Shown here: positions 50,701 through 63,042 of the stretch, piece after piece
Layout of the letters: each line of letters opens with the position of its first letter
Numbering within the stretch: the first letter of the stretch is position 1
Source: Macrostomum hystrix
Lineage: Eukaryota; Animalia; Platyhelminthes
DNA length: 64,000 bases
Direction: 5' to 3'
Assembly: GCA_950097015.1 (NCBI GenBank)
Contig: CATNEN010000001.1
Span: 26,164,001-26,228,000 of the forward strand
Program-made: the position numbers and the translations under genes
The notes under the pieces: model-generated
Databases searched by the model: none
Told to the model about the DNA's origin: nothing
What the model saw: only the letters and a program-made list of their open reading frames with translations

Positions 50701-53700
50701 AGAGAGAGAGAAGGCAGAGAGTGAGAGGCGAGGTGGACACAGATAGAAAGATAGAAGTAGGGTTGGCCAAGGGCTGGGAGTGGCTTGTGCGCTAGGAGAC
50801 AAGTCGTTCTTGAGAGATCTAAGAGAGACGGAGGGGAGAGGGAGGGCAAAGAACGGAGCATTGCAAGTAAGCCTACGGTCACAGGGCTAGAGAGAGGTAA
50901 GGAGAGAATCGAGCGAGACAACCAGAGATAAAGAGCCGAGATCCAGTGTCCAGCGAGGCTTTGGTTACAGAAGCCTGGCTTGTTTGCTAGATTTGTTAGA
51001 GAAAATGTCTCTCTAGTGTAAGACTTTGCTAGTAGAAGTTAGAGAAGCCAACTATTAATAACAACTTGCCTGTCTGATATTGTGTTTTAGTGTGTGGGAT
51101 TGGAGAGCTGCGATAGATTTGGTGAAAAAAGATGCACAAATGTTGGGAGGAATCGCGCATACACACAGGGAGGTTATGGGGAAGAGAGAGGGAGAGAGGA
51201 AATGAGGAAGCAGCGATGGCTTGGGCCAGGGGGGGAGAAGCAGAGAGGGAGAGAGAGACAGACAGACTGGGGAGAGAGACGCCAGGGAGATTGCTAGATG
51301 CAGGAAAGATGGAAATGTGAGAGACAGAGGGGCGAGTGCCACGCAGGCTTTGTAAGGCTGTGAGGGCGGAACCGGCTAAAGCGGGGAGTTCTGGGGATGA
51401 GAGAACGGAGGAAAGGATAAGAGAGGAGAGAGAGAGATGACTAAGAGATATTGCATGCGGAGGGAGATACGAACGGACACTCGTCAGACTCCCATCGTGA
51501 GGGAGAAAAAAGAGACAGCGAGACCAGGCTGAGAGGAGACGGAGGGTGCTGTGGAGAGGGAATAATAGCCGAGTTGGGATCATTCTGGCGCTCCCATCCC
51601 CCCTCCGCCGCTGTGTGAAGCAGACTTTAGGAGAAGAAAGGATATCTTTAGGATGGAAAAAAATAAGATGGAAAGGTGAAAATTACTCAGAGACTCGGAA
51701 AATTAAGCAAAACTGAGTTAATTTACTTGGCGATAAATTCCATTCAGGGTGTCTGCTACGGGTATGGACGCAATATTAGCAGATTAATCGATGATGTCTA
51801 ATAATGCCACTAAACTCTGTATTCCGTATCAAACAAGTATAAACAAGATCTAGAATCCCCATTCCCTAATCCCACAGATCTAGAATCCCCATTCCCTAAT
51901 CCCACAGATCTAAAATCCCCGTTCCGAGATTCCACAGATTTAAAATGCCTGTTCCCAGATCCTACAGATCTGTGATCCACTATCTTATCCTAGATCCCAC
52001 GCATCTGTCATCCCAAATGCTAGATACCACACATCTGTGATCCCATATGCTAGATCCCACAGGTCTGTGATCTCATCTGCTAGATCCCACACATCTGTGA
52101 TCCCCTTTCCTATTCTAGATCCCACAGATATGTGATCCTATCTGCTAGATCCCACAGATCTGTGATCCCATCTGCTAGATCCCACACATCTGTGATCCCC
52201 TTTCCTATTCTAGATCCCACACATCTGTGATCCCATATGCTAGATCCCACAGGTCTGTGATCTCATCTGCTAGATCCCACACATCTGTGATCCCCTTTCC
52301 TATTCTAGATCCCACACATCTGTGATCCCATATCCTAGATCCCACAGATCTGTGATCCCATACGCTAGATCCCACACACTTCAAGCCAGTGGTGTGTATC
52401 ACTACCCAGCCTCTAAAAGCACTCACTCTCCCACCGGCAATCCAGGGCATCATTCGCAAGGCCTATCGTGAGCTGAAGGAGGAGAGCAACAGCAATGTGT
52501 TCCAGTTCACCCTGCCCTACTCAGCTCCCGTGAATCGCGAAGCTGCCCGGATGGTGATCGAGCGGGCCCGTTCGATGACCAACTTCACTCCTAACAATCT
52601 GGCTGCCTGGACTAGTGAGTGATCCGTCTGTTCTATTCAGTTTTATTTCATTATTGCCAGTCTTTTCTTGACAAAGACGCATTCTCCATTGCAGAGATGG
52701 CTGAAAAGTATACCAAGCTTTACTATCTGGGCACCCTGCGCAAGATGCACCGCGAGAAGCATCGACCGGACACTGGAAAATTTGACCACCTATTCAAGGT
52801 TATGTTTGTAAGTTAACTGTTTGCTAAATTATCATGTTTAATAAGTCAACTGATTTGTAATAATTCGCCCCCGTTAATTACTACTTGAGGTAGGCTGCTT
52901 GCACATTTTTTGTTAGAACGAGCGAAAATTGTTAAAGTTTAATTTAATCTGCAGCCAAGTTAGGCTAAGTTAGGCAAGTTGAGTCCAGTTAGGCTAATGC
53001 TGGACTCAAAGAGCAGCTAGTAGGGTGGCTAATACTGGACTCAAATGAGCAGCTAGTAGGAAGGCTAATACTGGACTCAAATGAGCAGCTAGTAGGAAGG
53101 CTAATACTGGACTCAAATGAGCAGCTAGTAGGAAGGCTAATACTGGACTCAAATGAGCAGCTAGTAGGAAGGCTAATACTGGACTCAAATGAGCAGCTAG
53201 TAGGAAGGCTAATACTGGACTCAAATGAGCAGCTAGTAGGAAGGCTAATACTGGACTCAAAGGAGCAGCTAGTAGGAAGGCTAATACTGGACTCAAATAG
53301 CAGCTAGTAGGAAGGCTAATACTGGACTCAAATAGCAGCTAGTAGGGTGGCTAATACTGGACTCAAATGAGCAGCTAGTAGGAAGGCTAATACTGGACTC
53401 AAATGAGCAGCTAGTAGGAAGGCTAATACTGGACTCAAATGAGCAGCTAGTAGGAAGGCTAATACTGGACTCAAATGAGCAGCTAATAGGAAGGCTAATA
53501 CTGGACTCAAATGAGCAGCTAGTAGGAAGGCTAATACTGGACTCAAATGAGCAGCTAATAGGAAGGCTAATACTGGACTCAAATGAGCAGCTAGTAGGAA
53601 GGCTAATACTGGACTCAAATGAGCAGCTAGTAGGAAGGCTAATACTGGACTCAAATGAGCAGCTAATAGGAAGGCTAATACTGGACTCAAATGAGCAGCT

Positions 53701-54491
53701 AGTAGGAAGGCTAATACTGGACTCAAATAGCAGCTAGTAGGAAGGCTAATACTGGACTCAAATGAGCAGCTAGTAGGAAGGCTAATACTGGACTCAAATA
53801 GCAGCTAGTAGGAAGGCTAATACTGGACTCAAATGAGCAGCTAGTAGGAAGGCTAATACTGGACTCAAATGAGCAGCTAGTAGGAAGGCTAATACTGGAC
53901 TCAAAGGAGCAGCTAGTAGGAAGGCTAATACTGGACTCAAATAGCAGCTAGTAGGAAGGCTAATACTGGACTCAAATAGCAGCTAGTAGGAAGGCTAATA
54001 CTGGACTCAAATAGCAGCTAGTAGGGAGGCTAATACTGGACTCAAATGAGCAGCTAGTAGGGAGGCTAATACTGGACTCAAATGAGCAGCTAGTAGGGAG
54101 GCTAATACTGGACTCAATGAGCATTGTTAAGCTACATCTATGTTCATCTCCGCAGAAGCTGAACCGTCGCCAGAAGGCCTACGAGACGCTGAAGTCAGCC
54201 CTGGACGCAGGCGATCGGGCCCGCTTCGAGTCGGTGCTGAACCGGGACTACACCTCCTCGGACGAGGAGACGCCAAGCGATGCGGACGGCCAGCTACGGG
54301 TGAAGCAGCTGCCCTGGGAGTCGGATGAGCTGCGCGGCATCAAGGCCCGCCTAGACGATGTGTTCTACAATAGCCTGGCTGATGAGAAGCAGCGGGCCGA
54401 TGTGGACCGGGTGGTGCGCGACGGCCAGGTGCTGAGCGCGCGCCTGCCACCCAACGATGGCGTGGACTGGGCCAAGTCGGTGGCCCAGTGA
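47723..54491 (+). CDS. C14orf93/DUF4616-like protein (exons 47723-48304, 52446-52614, 52695-52798, 54156-54491; ~396 aa)
   Basis: Phase-consistent GT-AG joins; poly-Q and poly-A N-terminus. The C-terminal pattern FQFTLPYSAPVN..KLNRRQK..YTSSDEE..VKQLPWESDELRGIKARLD resembles the C14orf93 family (from memory, not searched). AATAAA at ~54573. Confidence 0.75.
48313..48737. repeat. Minisatellite, 16-bp unit CTTCCCTGAAGTTTCA
   Basis: Starts 8 nt after the splice donor; ~26 copies. Confidence 0.97.
49515..50460. repeat. Minisatellite with alternating 20/24-bp units GGGACATAAGAGTGTCAGCA / ...GTCAGTAGTTA
   Basis: Tandem copies with a dimeric higher-order structure. Confidence 0.96.
51848..52378. 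repeat. Degenerate minisatellite TAGATCCCACACATCTGTGATCCCATATGC
   Basis: ~30-bp tandem copies. Confidence 0.9.
52990..54118. repeat. Minisatellite, 36-bp unit GCTAATACTGGACTCAAATGAGCAGCTAGTAGGAAG
   Basis: About 31 copies in the last intron of the C14orf93-like gene. Confidence 0.97.
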
Positions 54492-54857
54492 GAGAATCAG
54501 CCGGCTTTGATTTGTACATACTCGTAGTTTGAGCTGGACAAAATAACTTGATTAACTCAGTACAACAGAATAATAAATAAATGCTTAGTAAAACGCGTCT
54601 TATTACTATTTTAAGTAGGCAAGTATTGTAAGTATCTTTGATTTGTGTGTAAATCTATTTATAAATTTCAATAACTTGTTTTAACGGAGCGAGTGTTAAC
54701 TGATCCACGATGTTACACCTTTTTATATCTATTAGCTAAGAATTCTCACCTTCCGATTCTATATTAACTAGTGCGTCATCTCACAATGCCTATCGATTCA
54801 TGGTCTGTTGTTTTTTGCAAAACCATTTAAACAGTTTGTAAACCCGCTATTATGTCA

Positions 54858-55475
54858 GGAATCGAAGCAAAATGTTTGGCTAGAATCGAAGCAGGTGTGG
54901 CTAGAATCGAAGCAGAAGGTGTAGCTAGAATCGAAGCAGAAGGTGTAGCTAGAATCGAAGCAGGTGTGGCTAGAATCGAAGCAGAAGGTGTAGCTAGAAT
55001 CGAAGCAGAAGGTGTAGCTAGAATCGAAGCAGAAGGTGTGGCTAGAATCAAAGCAGGTGTAGCTAGAATCGAAGCAGGTCTAGCTAGAATCGAAGCAGAA
55101 GGTGTAGCTAGAATCGAAGCAGGTCTAGCTAGAATCGAAGCAGAAGGTGTAGCTAGAATCAAAGCAGGTGTAGCTAGAATCGAAGCAGGTGTGGCTAGAA
55201 TCGAAGCAGGTGTAGATAGAATCGAAGCAGAAGGTGTGGCTAGAATCGAAGCAGAAGGTGTGGCTAGAATCAAAGCAGGTGTAGCTAGAATCGAAGCAGG
55301 TGTGGCTAGAATCGAAGCAGGTGTAGATAGAATCGAAGCAGAAGGTGTGGCTAGAATCGAAGCAGAAGGTGTAGCTAGAATCGAAGCAGAAGGTGTGGCT
55401 AGAATCGAAGCAGGTGTGGCTAGAATCGAAGCAGGTGTGGCTAGAATCGAAGCAGGAATGAATAGAATCGAGGCA
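54858..55475. repeat. Minisatellite with 21/24-bp units CTAGAATCGAAGCA(GAA)GGTGT(G/A)G, open in frame from ATG 54852 to stop 55487
   Basis: Tandem copies; translates as (ARIEA[E]GV)n. Confidence 0.95.
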
Positions 55476-56440
55476 GTAGTTTTCTGAGCCTCATCTGGTA
55501 ATTTTAGGTACTATAATAAATAAAAGCGGTAAGATTTTACCTTAAAATATGTGTTCATGTTTTGTTGCTTCGTTTCTTCGCACTATGATGTGTCTCAGCA
55601 AGGCTTGTCTAATCAGCTTACCTTAAATGTGAATCCCGCACCTGTCAATCTCTGTCCACTATTGAATTTCATACTATATTAACTGTGCAGTGCTGAGAAA
55701 GCAGCTTTACGCATTTTTCTAGCTTCGATGACGAAGAAATACATTGATTATTTCAGCTGTTGCAAGCAATTCACAATGCGACACGCAATTTGATGTTGAA
55801 AATATCCCGCGCTGAGACAGACTATCTGTTACTTGTAGCTAATGGGGAGCATTGCCTAGATCTAGAGGGCAACGAGCCAACGAGCAGTTCTAGGCCATAG
55901 ACAACGATTTTAAAGTGGGTGTATTATAACCAGGGATGATTGCTCATCTGCCTAAAATGTGGGATACAATCACGATTCTATTACAGCCTCCGTTCTCGCT
56001 GATTTGCTTGTGATGATTCGCTTGCTGTTCTAATGGTAAAAACACAAAAAACCTTCAAGAAAAGACAAATAAATTCACATCGCTTTAAGTTGAAAAAAAT
56101 GGGTAGGTTCAAAATGCGAATTCTGTCGCAAAAACTTCAGTTGAGTGGCAGTAAGATCACATGATAGTGTGGCCATTGCACACGCATGTGAGTGGCGTGG
56201 ACAATGCACACTTTTGCCACCTTTATAGGGCCCAATAGTAGCTCGTATTTGTCAGCTGAAGGCGCATAGATACGGCAGTGAATCTTGTGACCTTTGCACG
56301 ATCTTAAAACCAGACACAGGTGCAATACGTAAAGCATGGAGCGCCTGTAAGCTTTAGTTTTCTTTAGCAAAAGAAAGAATAAAGCCAGGGAATTGGCGCA
56401 GCTGTGTTCCGATAGGAAAACAGTCAACAGTGTCAGAGCA

Positions 56441-59400
56441 ATGAGCCGCATACCTCTCGTGCTCAGCCTACTCACGGCGATCACCTGCAGTCAGGTCGCA
56501 TGCCAGCTCTCGTCACAGCCTGAACAGGTGCACCTGTCCGTGACCAATGATCCCACCCAGATGGTTGTGACCTGGGTGACTTTGTCACCGACCAACACCA
56601 CCTCGGTGGAGTACGGAACGTCCAGCATCGACCGTTCGGCGGCTGGTATCCAGGAGACCTTTGTTGATGGCGGCTCGGCCAAGCGGACCATCTACATCCA
56701 CCGGGCGCTGATGAACGGCCTGGCGCCCGGTCAGCGCTACATCTACCGAGTGGGCAGCGAGCTGGGCTGGTCGGACATCTTCCTGTTCAGCGCCACGCGG
56801 CCCGGCAGCAGTTGGCCAGCGAGATTCGCCGTGTACGGTGACATGGGCAACACCAACGGAAAGTCCATCCCCTTCCTGCAGAAGGAGGCCCAGGCAGGCG
56901 ACTTCGACATGGTGCTGCATGTCGGCGACTTCGCCTACAACATGGACACAAGTGACGCTCGGGTTGGCGACGAGTTCATGCGACAGGTCGAGCCGATCGC
57001 CGCCTACGTTCCCTACATGACCTGCCCGGGCAATCACGAGAGCGCCTACAACTTCAGCAACTACCGGCGACGCTTCTCCATGCCCGGTGGCGACGGCGAG
57101 GGTAGCTTCTTCAGCTTCGACTTTGGACCTGTGCATGTGGTGAGCATTTGGCAGCATTGTTGGGACAGCACTTATGTCCCCTTATTCAAAAGTAAAAAAA
57201 CTATATGACAAGTTATAATTCTCCAGAGATTCACCACTTCATTCTTTAGTAACTCGCCGCTACATTCTGAAAATAAAAATACAATAAATTATTACACCTT
57301 AGCTAATCGGGCTGCGTTCGGCTTTTCAGTCCATGGACCGGGGGACGCCACACCCACCCTCAATTACCCTAGCTGATGCTGGTACTTTAACAGCTGGGTG
57401 AACTGAGGCAATCCACAAATACACAAATTGTTCCAGTGGAGCTGGGTATCGAAGTCCCGACCTTCAAGTCGTGAGTACGACGATACAACCAAAAGGCTAC
57501 AACCTACAACCCTACAATTCGCAACTATTCACCACTTCGTTATCCAGCAATTAACGACTTTATTAACGACTGGCAGTAAGATCACATGATAGTGTGGCCA
57601 TTGCACACGCATGTGAGTGGCAGTAAGATCACATGATCTTCAGCAATTCACTACTATTCTCCAGCAATTCACCTCTTCGTTCTCCAGCAATTCACCACTA
57701 TTCTCCAGCAATTCACTACTTCATTCTCCAGCAATTCACCACTTCGAGGGGTGTGGCAGCTAGCCTCCCCTGTCCTTTTAAACTGAGAAGTCAGTCTGTT
57801 AGACATAAGACAGTCTGTTAGACATAAGTCAGTCTGTTAGACATAAGACAGTCTGTTAGACATAAGACAGTCTGTTAGACATAAGTCAGTCTGTTAGACA
57901 TAAGTCAGTCTGTTAGACATAAGACAGTCTGTTAGACATAAGACAGTCTGTTAGACATAAGACAGTCTGTTAGACATAAGACAGTCTGTTAGACATAAGA
58001 CAGTCTGTTAGACATAAGACAGTCTGTTAGACATAAGACAGTCTGTTAGACATAAGACAGTCTGTTAGACATAAGACAGTCTGTTAGACATAAGACAGTC
58101 TGTTAGACATAAGTCAGTCTGTTAGACATAAGACAGTCTGTTAGACATAAGACAGTCTGTTAGACATAAGACAGTCTGTTAGACATAAGTCAGTCTGTTA
58201 GACATAAGTCAGTCTGTTAGACATAAGACAGTCTGTTAGACATAAGACAGTCTGTTAGACATAAGACAGTCTGTTAGACATAAGACAGTCTGTTAGACAT
58301 AAGACAGTCTGTTAGACATAAGACAGTCTGTTAGACATAAGACAGTCTGTTAGACATAAGACAGTCTGTTAGACATAAGACAGTCTGTTAGACATAAGAC
58401 AGTCTGTTAGACATAAGACAGTCTGTTAGACATAAGACAGTCTGTTAGACATAAGACAGTCTGTTAGACATAAGACAGTCTGTTAGGGCTCAACAGCAGT
58501 ACACAGCCGTTCAGAGCTGACATCTGGTCCAATTTGTCTAGGTTTCAATTCCATCTGCATTATTTATATTCGGAACGCTAAATTAGCTCATTTGCAGCTT
58601 GAAACAAGAATTCGTTAGCGATAACAGATTGACTTGTAGCCACTTGGGTTTGCTAGCGGCGCGATTGGGCCTAAATAGATTTCAGCTGGGATAACAAGAC
58701 AAGAAAGTTATCTGTGGCGTTCGCTAAATTTTCAGAATTTCAAACTGCGCAAGCTAAATAAACACTACACTAAATTAGTGCGCGACATCGGTCTATATGT
58801 ACTGACACATTAATTTTATTCTACGCCTATTTTCCGATTTGTCACTATAGAATAAAATGTATTTCAGTTTCATAACAAAATTTCATAACTCGCCTGCTTG
58901 TTGTACAGACTGTCTTCTAGTTGTGTCTAACAGACTGTCTTCTGTGTCTTCTAGCTGTGTCTAACAGACTGTCTTCTGTGTCTTCTAGCTGTGTCTAACA
59001 GACTGTCTTATGTGTCTAACAGACTGTCTTCTAGCTGTGTCTAACAGACTGTCTTCTAGCTGTGTCTAACAGACTGTCTTCTAGCTGTGTCCAACAGACT
59101 GTCTTATGTGTCTAACAGACTGTCTTCTAGCTGTGTCTAACAGACTGTCTTCTAGCTGTCTAACAGACTTTTTTCTAGCTGTGTCTAACAGACTGTTTTC
59201 TAGCTGTCTAACAGACTGTCTTCTGTGTCTAACAGACTGTCTTATGTGTCTAACAGACTGTCTTCTGTGTCTAACAGACTGTTTTCTAGCTGTGTCTAAC
59301 AGACTTGTCTTCTAGCTGTGTCTAACAGACTGTCTTCTAGGTGTGTCTAACAGACTTGTCTTCTAGCTGTGTCTAACAGACTGTCTTCTGTGTCTAAGAG

Positions 59401-61036
59401 ACTGTCTACTAGCTGTGTCTAACAGACTGTCTTCTGTGTGTAACAGACTGTCTTATGTGTCTAACAGACTGTCTTATGTGTCTAACAGACTGTCTTATGT
59501 GTCTAACCGACTGTCTAATAGCTGTGTCTAACAGACTGTCTTATGTGTCTAGCAGACTGTCTTCTAGCTGTGTCTAACAGACTGTCTTATGTGTCTAACA
59601 GACTGTCTTATGTGTCTAACAGACTGTCTAATAGCTGTGTCTAACAGACTGTCTAATAGCTGTGTCTAACAGACTGTCTAATAGCTGTGTCTAACAGACT
59701 GTCTAATAGCTGTGTCTAACAGACTGTCTAATAGCTGTGTCTAACAGACTGTCTAATAGCTGTGTCTAACAGACTGTCTTATGTGTCTAACAGACTGTCT
59801 AATAGCTGTGTCTAACAGACTGTCTAATAGCTGTGTCTAACAGACTGTCATATGTGTCTAACAGACTGTCTTCTAGCTGTGTCTAACAGACTGTTTTCTA
59901 GCTGTCTAACAGAACTGTCTCGTTTGTCTAACACACTGTCGTCTGTTTTTAACAGAAAGTCTTCCGTGTCTAACAGGCTGTCTTCTGTACCTAACAGGCT
60001 GTCTTCTGTACCTAACAGGCTGTCTTCTGTACCTAACAGACTGTCTTCTGTACCTAACAGACTGTCTTCTGTACCTAACAGACTGTCTTCTGTACCTAAC
60101 AGACTGTCTTCTGTACCTAACAGACTGTCTTCTGTACCTAACAGGTTGTCTTCTGTACCTAACAGACTGTCTTCTGTACCTAACAGGTTGTCTTCTGTAC
60201 CTAACAGACTGTCTTCTGTACCTAACAGACTGTCTTCTGTACCTAACAGGTTGTCTTCTGTACCTAACAGACTGCAGTCTTCTCTGTTTCGCATCAAGTT
60301 TGAGGAGTCCGTGAGGTTAATTTTCACAAGTTACGCATTGAGTTTTCTCAGAAACCGTCCGCCTTGGTTAACTTGACAAATGCAGATCTCATTCAGCTCG
60401 GAGTTCTATTACTACCTGGAGTACGGCTGGAAGCAGGCTGTGTACCAGTTCCAGTGGCTCGAAGAGGACCTGCAGCGGGCCAATGAAAATCGCGCTGCAC
60501 GGCCTTGGATCATCGCCATGGCACACCGGCCGATGTACTGCTCAAATAGCGACGATCCTGAGCACTGCACCAACCCGGACAACCTCATCCGCACCGGCTT
60601 TCCCGTGGGCAGCCGGACGCGCAGCCGGTTACTGGGCAGCAACTACATCCTGGGCGTCGAGGAGCTGTTCTATCGCTACGGAGTCGACCTGGTCTTCGGC
60701 GCGCACGAGCACTCGTACGAGAGAATGTGGCCAGTCTACAACAAGCGGGTGTGCAATTCCAGCTTCAGCTCTGCGAATCCCTACGACAACCCGCCGGCTC
60801 CGGTGCACATCATCACCGGCTCGGCTGGCTGTGTGGAGGGCGAGGATCCTTTCATCCCGGCCGGCCTGCCCTGGTCGGCCTTCCGCAGCGACGACTACGG
60901 CTACACCAGGATGACCGTGGCCAATGCCACCCACCTCATGCTGGAGCAGGTGTCCGTGGACAAGGGCGGCCAGGTCATCGACAGCATTGTGTACGTCAGG
61001 GACAGGCACGGACCTCGCGCTTTTAACTGCGTCTAA
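56441..61036 (+). CDS. ACP7: Purple acid phosphatase, ACP7/PAPL type, secreted (exons 56441-57139 and 60386-61036; 449 aa)
   Basis: Signal peptide MSRIPLVLSLLTAITC; N-terminal domain PEQVHLS..MVVTW; metal-ligand motifs GDMG, GDFAY, GNHE, AMAHRPMY, AHEHSYER; phase-0 GT-AG intron; AATAAA at 61115. Confidence 0.95.
57271..57500 (-). mobile_element. Probable tRNA-derived SINE in the ACP7 intron
   Basis: Minus strand reads TAGCCTTTTGGTT (A-box-like), ACTTCGATACC (B-box-like), a central GCCTCAGTTCACCCAGCTGTTAAAGTACC, then an AT-rich tail. Confidence 0.6.
57790..58486. repeat. Homogeneous minisatellite, 19-bp unit AGACAGTCTGTTAGACATA
   Basis: About 36 nearly identical copies. Confidence 0.97.
58905..60272. 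repeat. Heterogeneous minisatellite TGTCTAACAGACTGTCTT..., the reverse-complement family of the 57790 array
   Basis: ~21-25-bp variant units sharing TCTAACAGACTGTCT. Confidence 0.95.
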
Positions 61037-61384
61037 CTCGTTGGGCTGCATCAATAGAAGTTTCAAGTCGTTGATTGGCAGTATGACCCAGAAATCAATA
61101 CTGAGCTGCACAGCAATAAACTAGTTTACTCAAGAGCAACTGCAAAAAACTGCACCAAATCTGATCTCCACTACAAACGTTTTGATTATACTCGTACCTT
61201 GTAATGACACATTCGTTATGAAATGATCATGATTACTGGTCAATTATTACATGACCAAATTTGTCGCCAATTCCTTTTTCCATTAAATTTAAACTTTTTA
61301 AAAATCAAATATCACCAGTTTATGCTATTTTACTGACTTTTTTGTCATGCCTAAAAGTTATCCCTGGGGTGGGGAAAAGGAATC

Positions 61385-62025
61385 TGGGATGGGATGAGGA
61401 ATCTGAAGTCGGGATGAGGAATCTAGGGTCGGGATGAGGGATCTCGATTCGGTATGAGGGATCTGGTTCGGGTTCTGGTTCTGATTTGGTTCGGGATGAG
61501 GGATCGGGTGTCGGGATGATGGATCTGGTGTCGGGATGAGGGATCTGGTGTCGAGATGAGGGATCTAGGGTCGAGATGAGGGATCTGGGGTCGAGATGAG
61601 GGATCTGGGGTCGGGATGAGGGATCTGGTGTCGGGATGAGGGATCTAGGGTCGAGATGAGGGATCTGGGGTCGAGATGAGGGATCTGGGGTCGGGATGAG
61701 GGATCTGGTGTCGGGATGATGGATCTGTTGTCGGGATGAGGGATCTGGGGTCGGGATGAGGGTTCTGGGTCGGGATGAGGGATCTGGGGTCGGGATGAGG
61801 GATCTAGGGTCGGGATGAGGGATCTGGGTCGTGATGAGGAATCCGGGGTCGGGATGAGGGATCTAGTGCCGGGATGAGGGATCTGGGGTCGGGATGAGGG
61901 TTCTGGGTCGGGATGAGGGATCTAGGGTCGGGATGAGGGATCTAGGGTCGGGATGAGGGATCTAGGGTCGGGATGAGGGATCTAGGGTCGGGATGAGGGA
62001 TCTAGGGTCGGGATGAGGGATCTTG
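61385..62025. repeat. G-rich minisatellite, 20-bp unit GGATCTGGGGTCGGGATGAG
   Basis: Tandem copies between the convergent ACP7 and UBE2V 3' ends. Confidence 0.95.
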
Positions 62026-63042
62026 AATTGTGACAAGGACATTGGATCGGGATAAATGGACCTGGGGTCGGAATTTAAGACCTGGGATCGGGATTCGCGA
62101 CAATATAGGGACTGGGATCGGTCAGTGATTGCGTTAAGTTTTCAACTAGCACAATCTATCCTACTTAGAGTAAGTGATCTGGTCAATAGATTAATGTCTT
62201 TAGTTACAAAAAAGAAGACAAACGAGCTAAAGGCGTTTCATCTTAGATTTGTTTTTTTCCGACTTGCGCTTCGTGAGAAAAGCAAAAAATCTAAGACAGA
62301 GACGGAGAGCAGAGGGCGGGAGAGAGGAACATTGAAGATAAAGCAAGTGCCGACTTAATAGAAAGTTTTATTTGAAACATTTTCATGTCAATCAAAAAAC
62401 ACAAGTGAATGATATATGCATACTATACTACTCTAGACAATATACGCTTAAGTAGGCATTAATGCGAAACCAATAGAAAACGTGTTTACTTTCCAAAAAC
62501 ATTGCAGATTAAATCCAAAATTTGGGGAGAAAACTTATCCGCCTAGCAACTCGCCCATTAAAACATGGGAAAAGACACCGCTACAATAACTATGTTGCTA
62601 GTATTTTAAAATGAGACAGAGCAATAAAATTTTGTTTCAAGAAATTGTACGATTAACAATAATAAAGTGAAATTTAAAGAAATAAAACAGTTTTAAGTAA
62701 ATAAACAATTGTTATATCTAGAATGGCAAACAGAACACACAGGATGCTTTTTTGTTCAAAATGTTCAAAATAGTAGAATAAGAAATCAGAGAAAATATTC
62801 TACTGAATAAAGTCTCGAACTTGTTTAAAGAAGAAATGACAACACACACAGACACACACACACAGGCTGGGAGAACAGCTACAACACAGTGACAGAGTTC
62901 AAGCTTAACTGGAATACAACTAAATCTTTGTGTGTCTTTTCCAATCCAGGCAACAGGACGGGGAGAATAAAAATTAGGAAGGCGGGCTTAGAAGAGCTAC
63001 AGAAACGACAACAGGGCTGAGGAGTTGGAACTGAGCGGAGGA

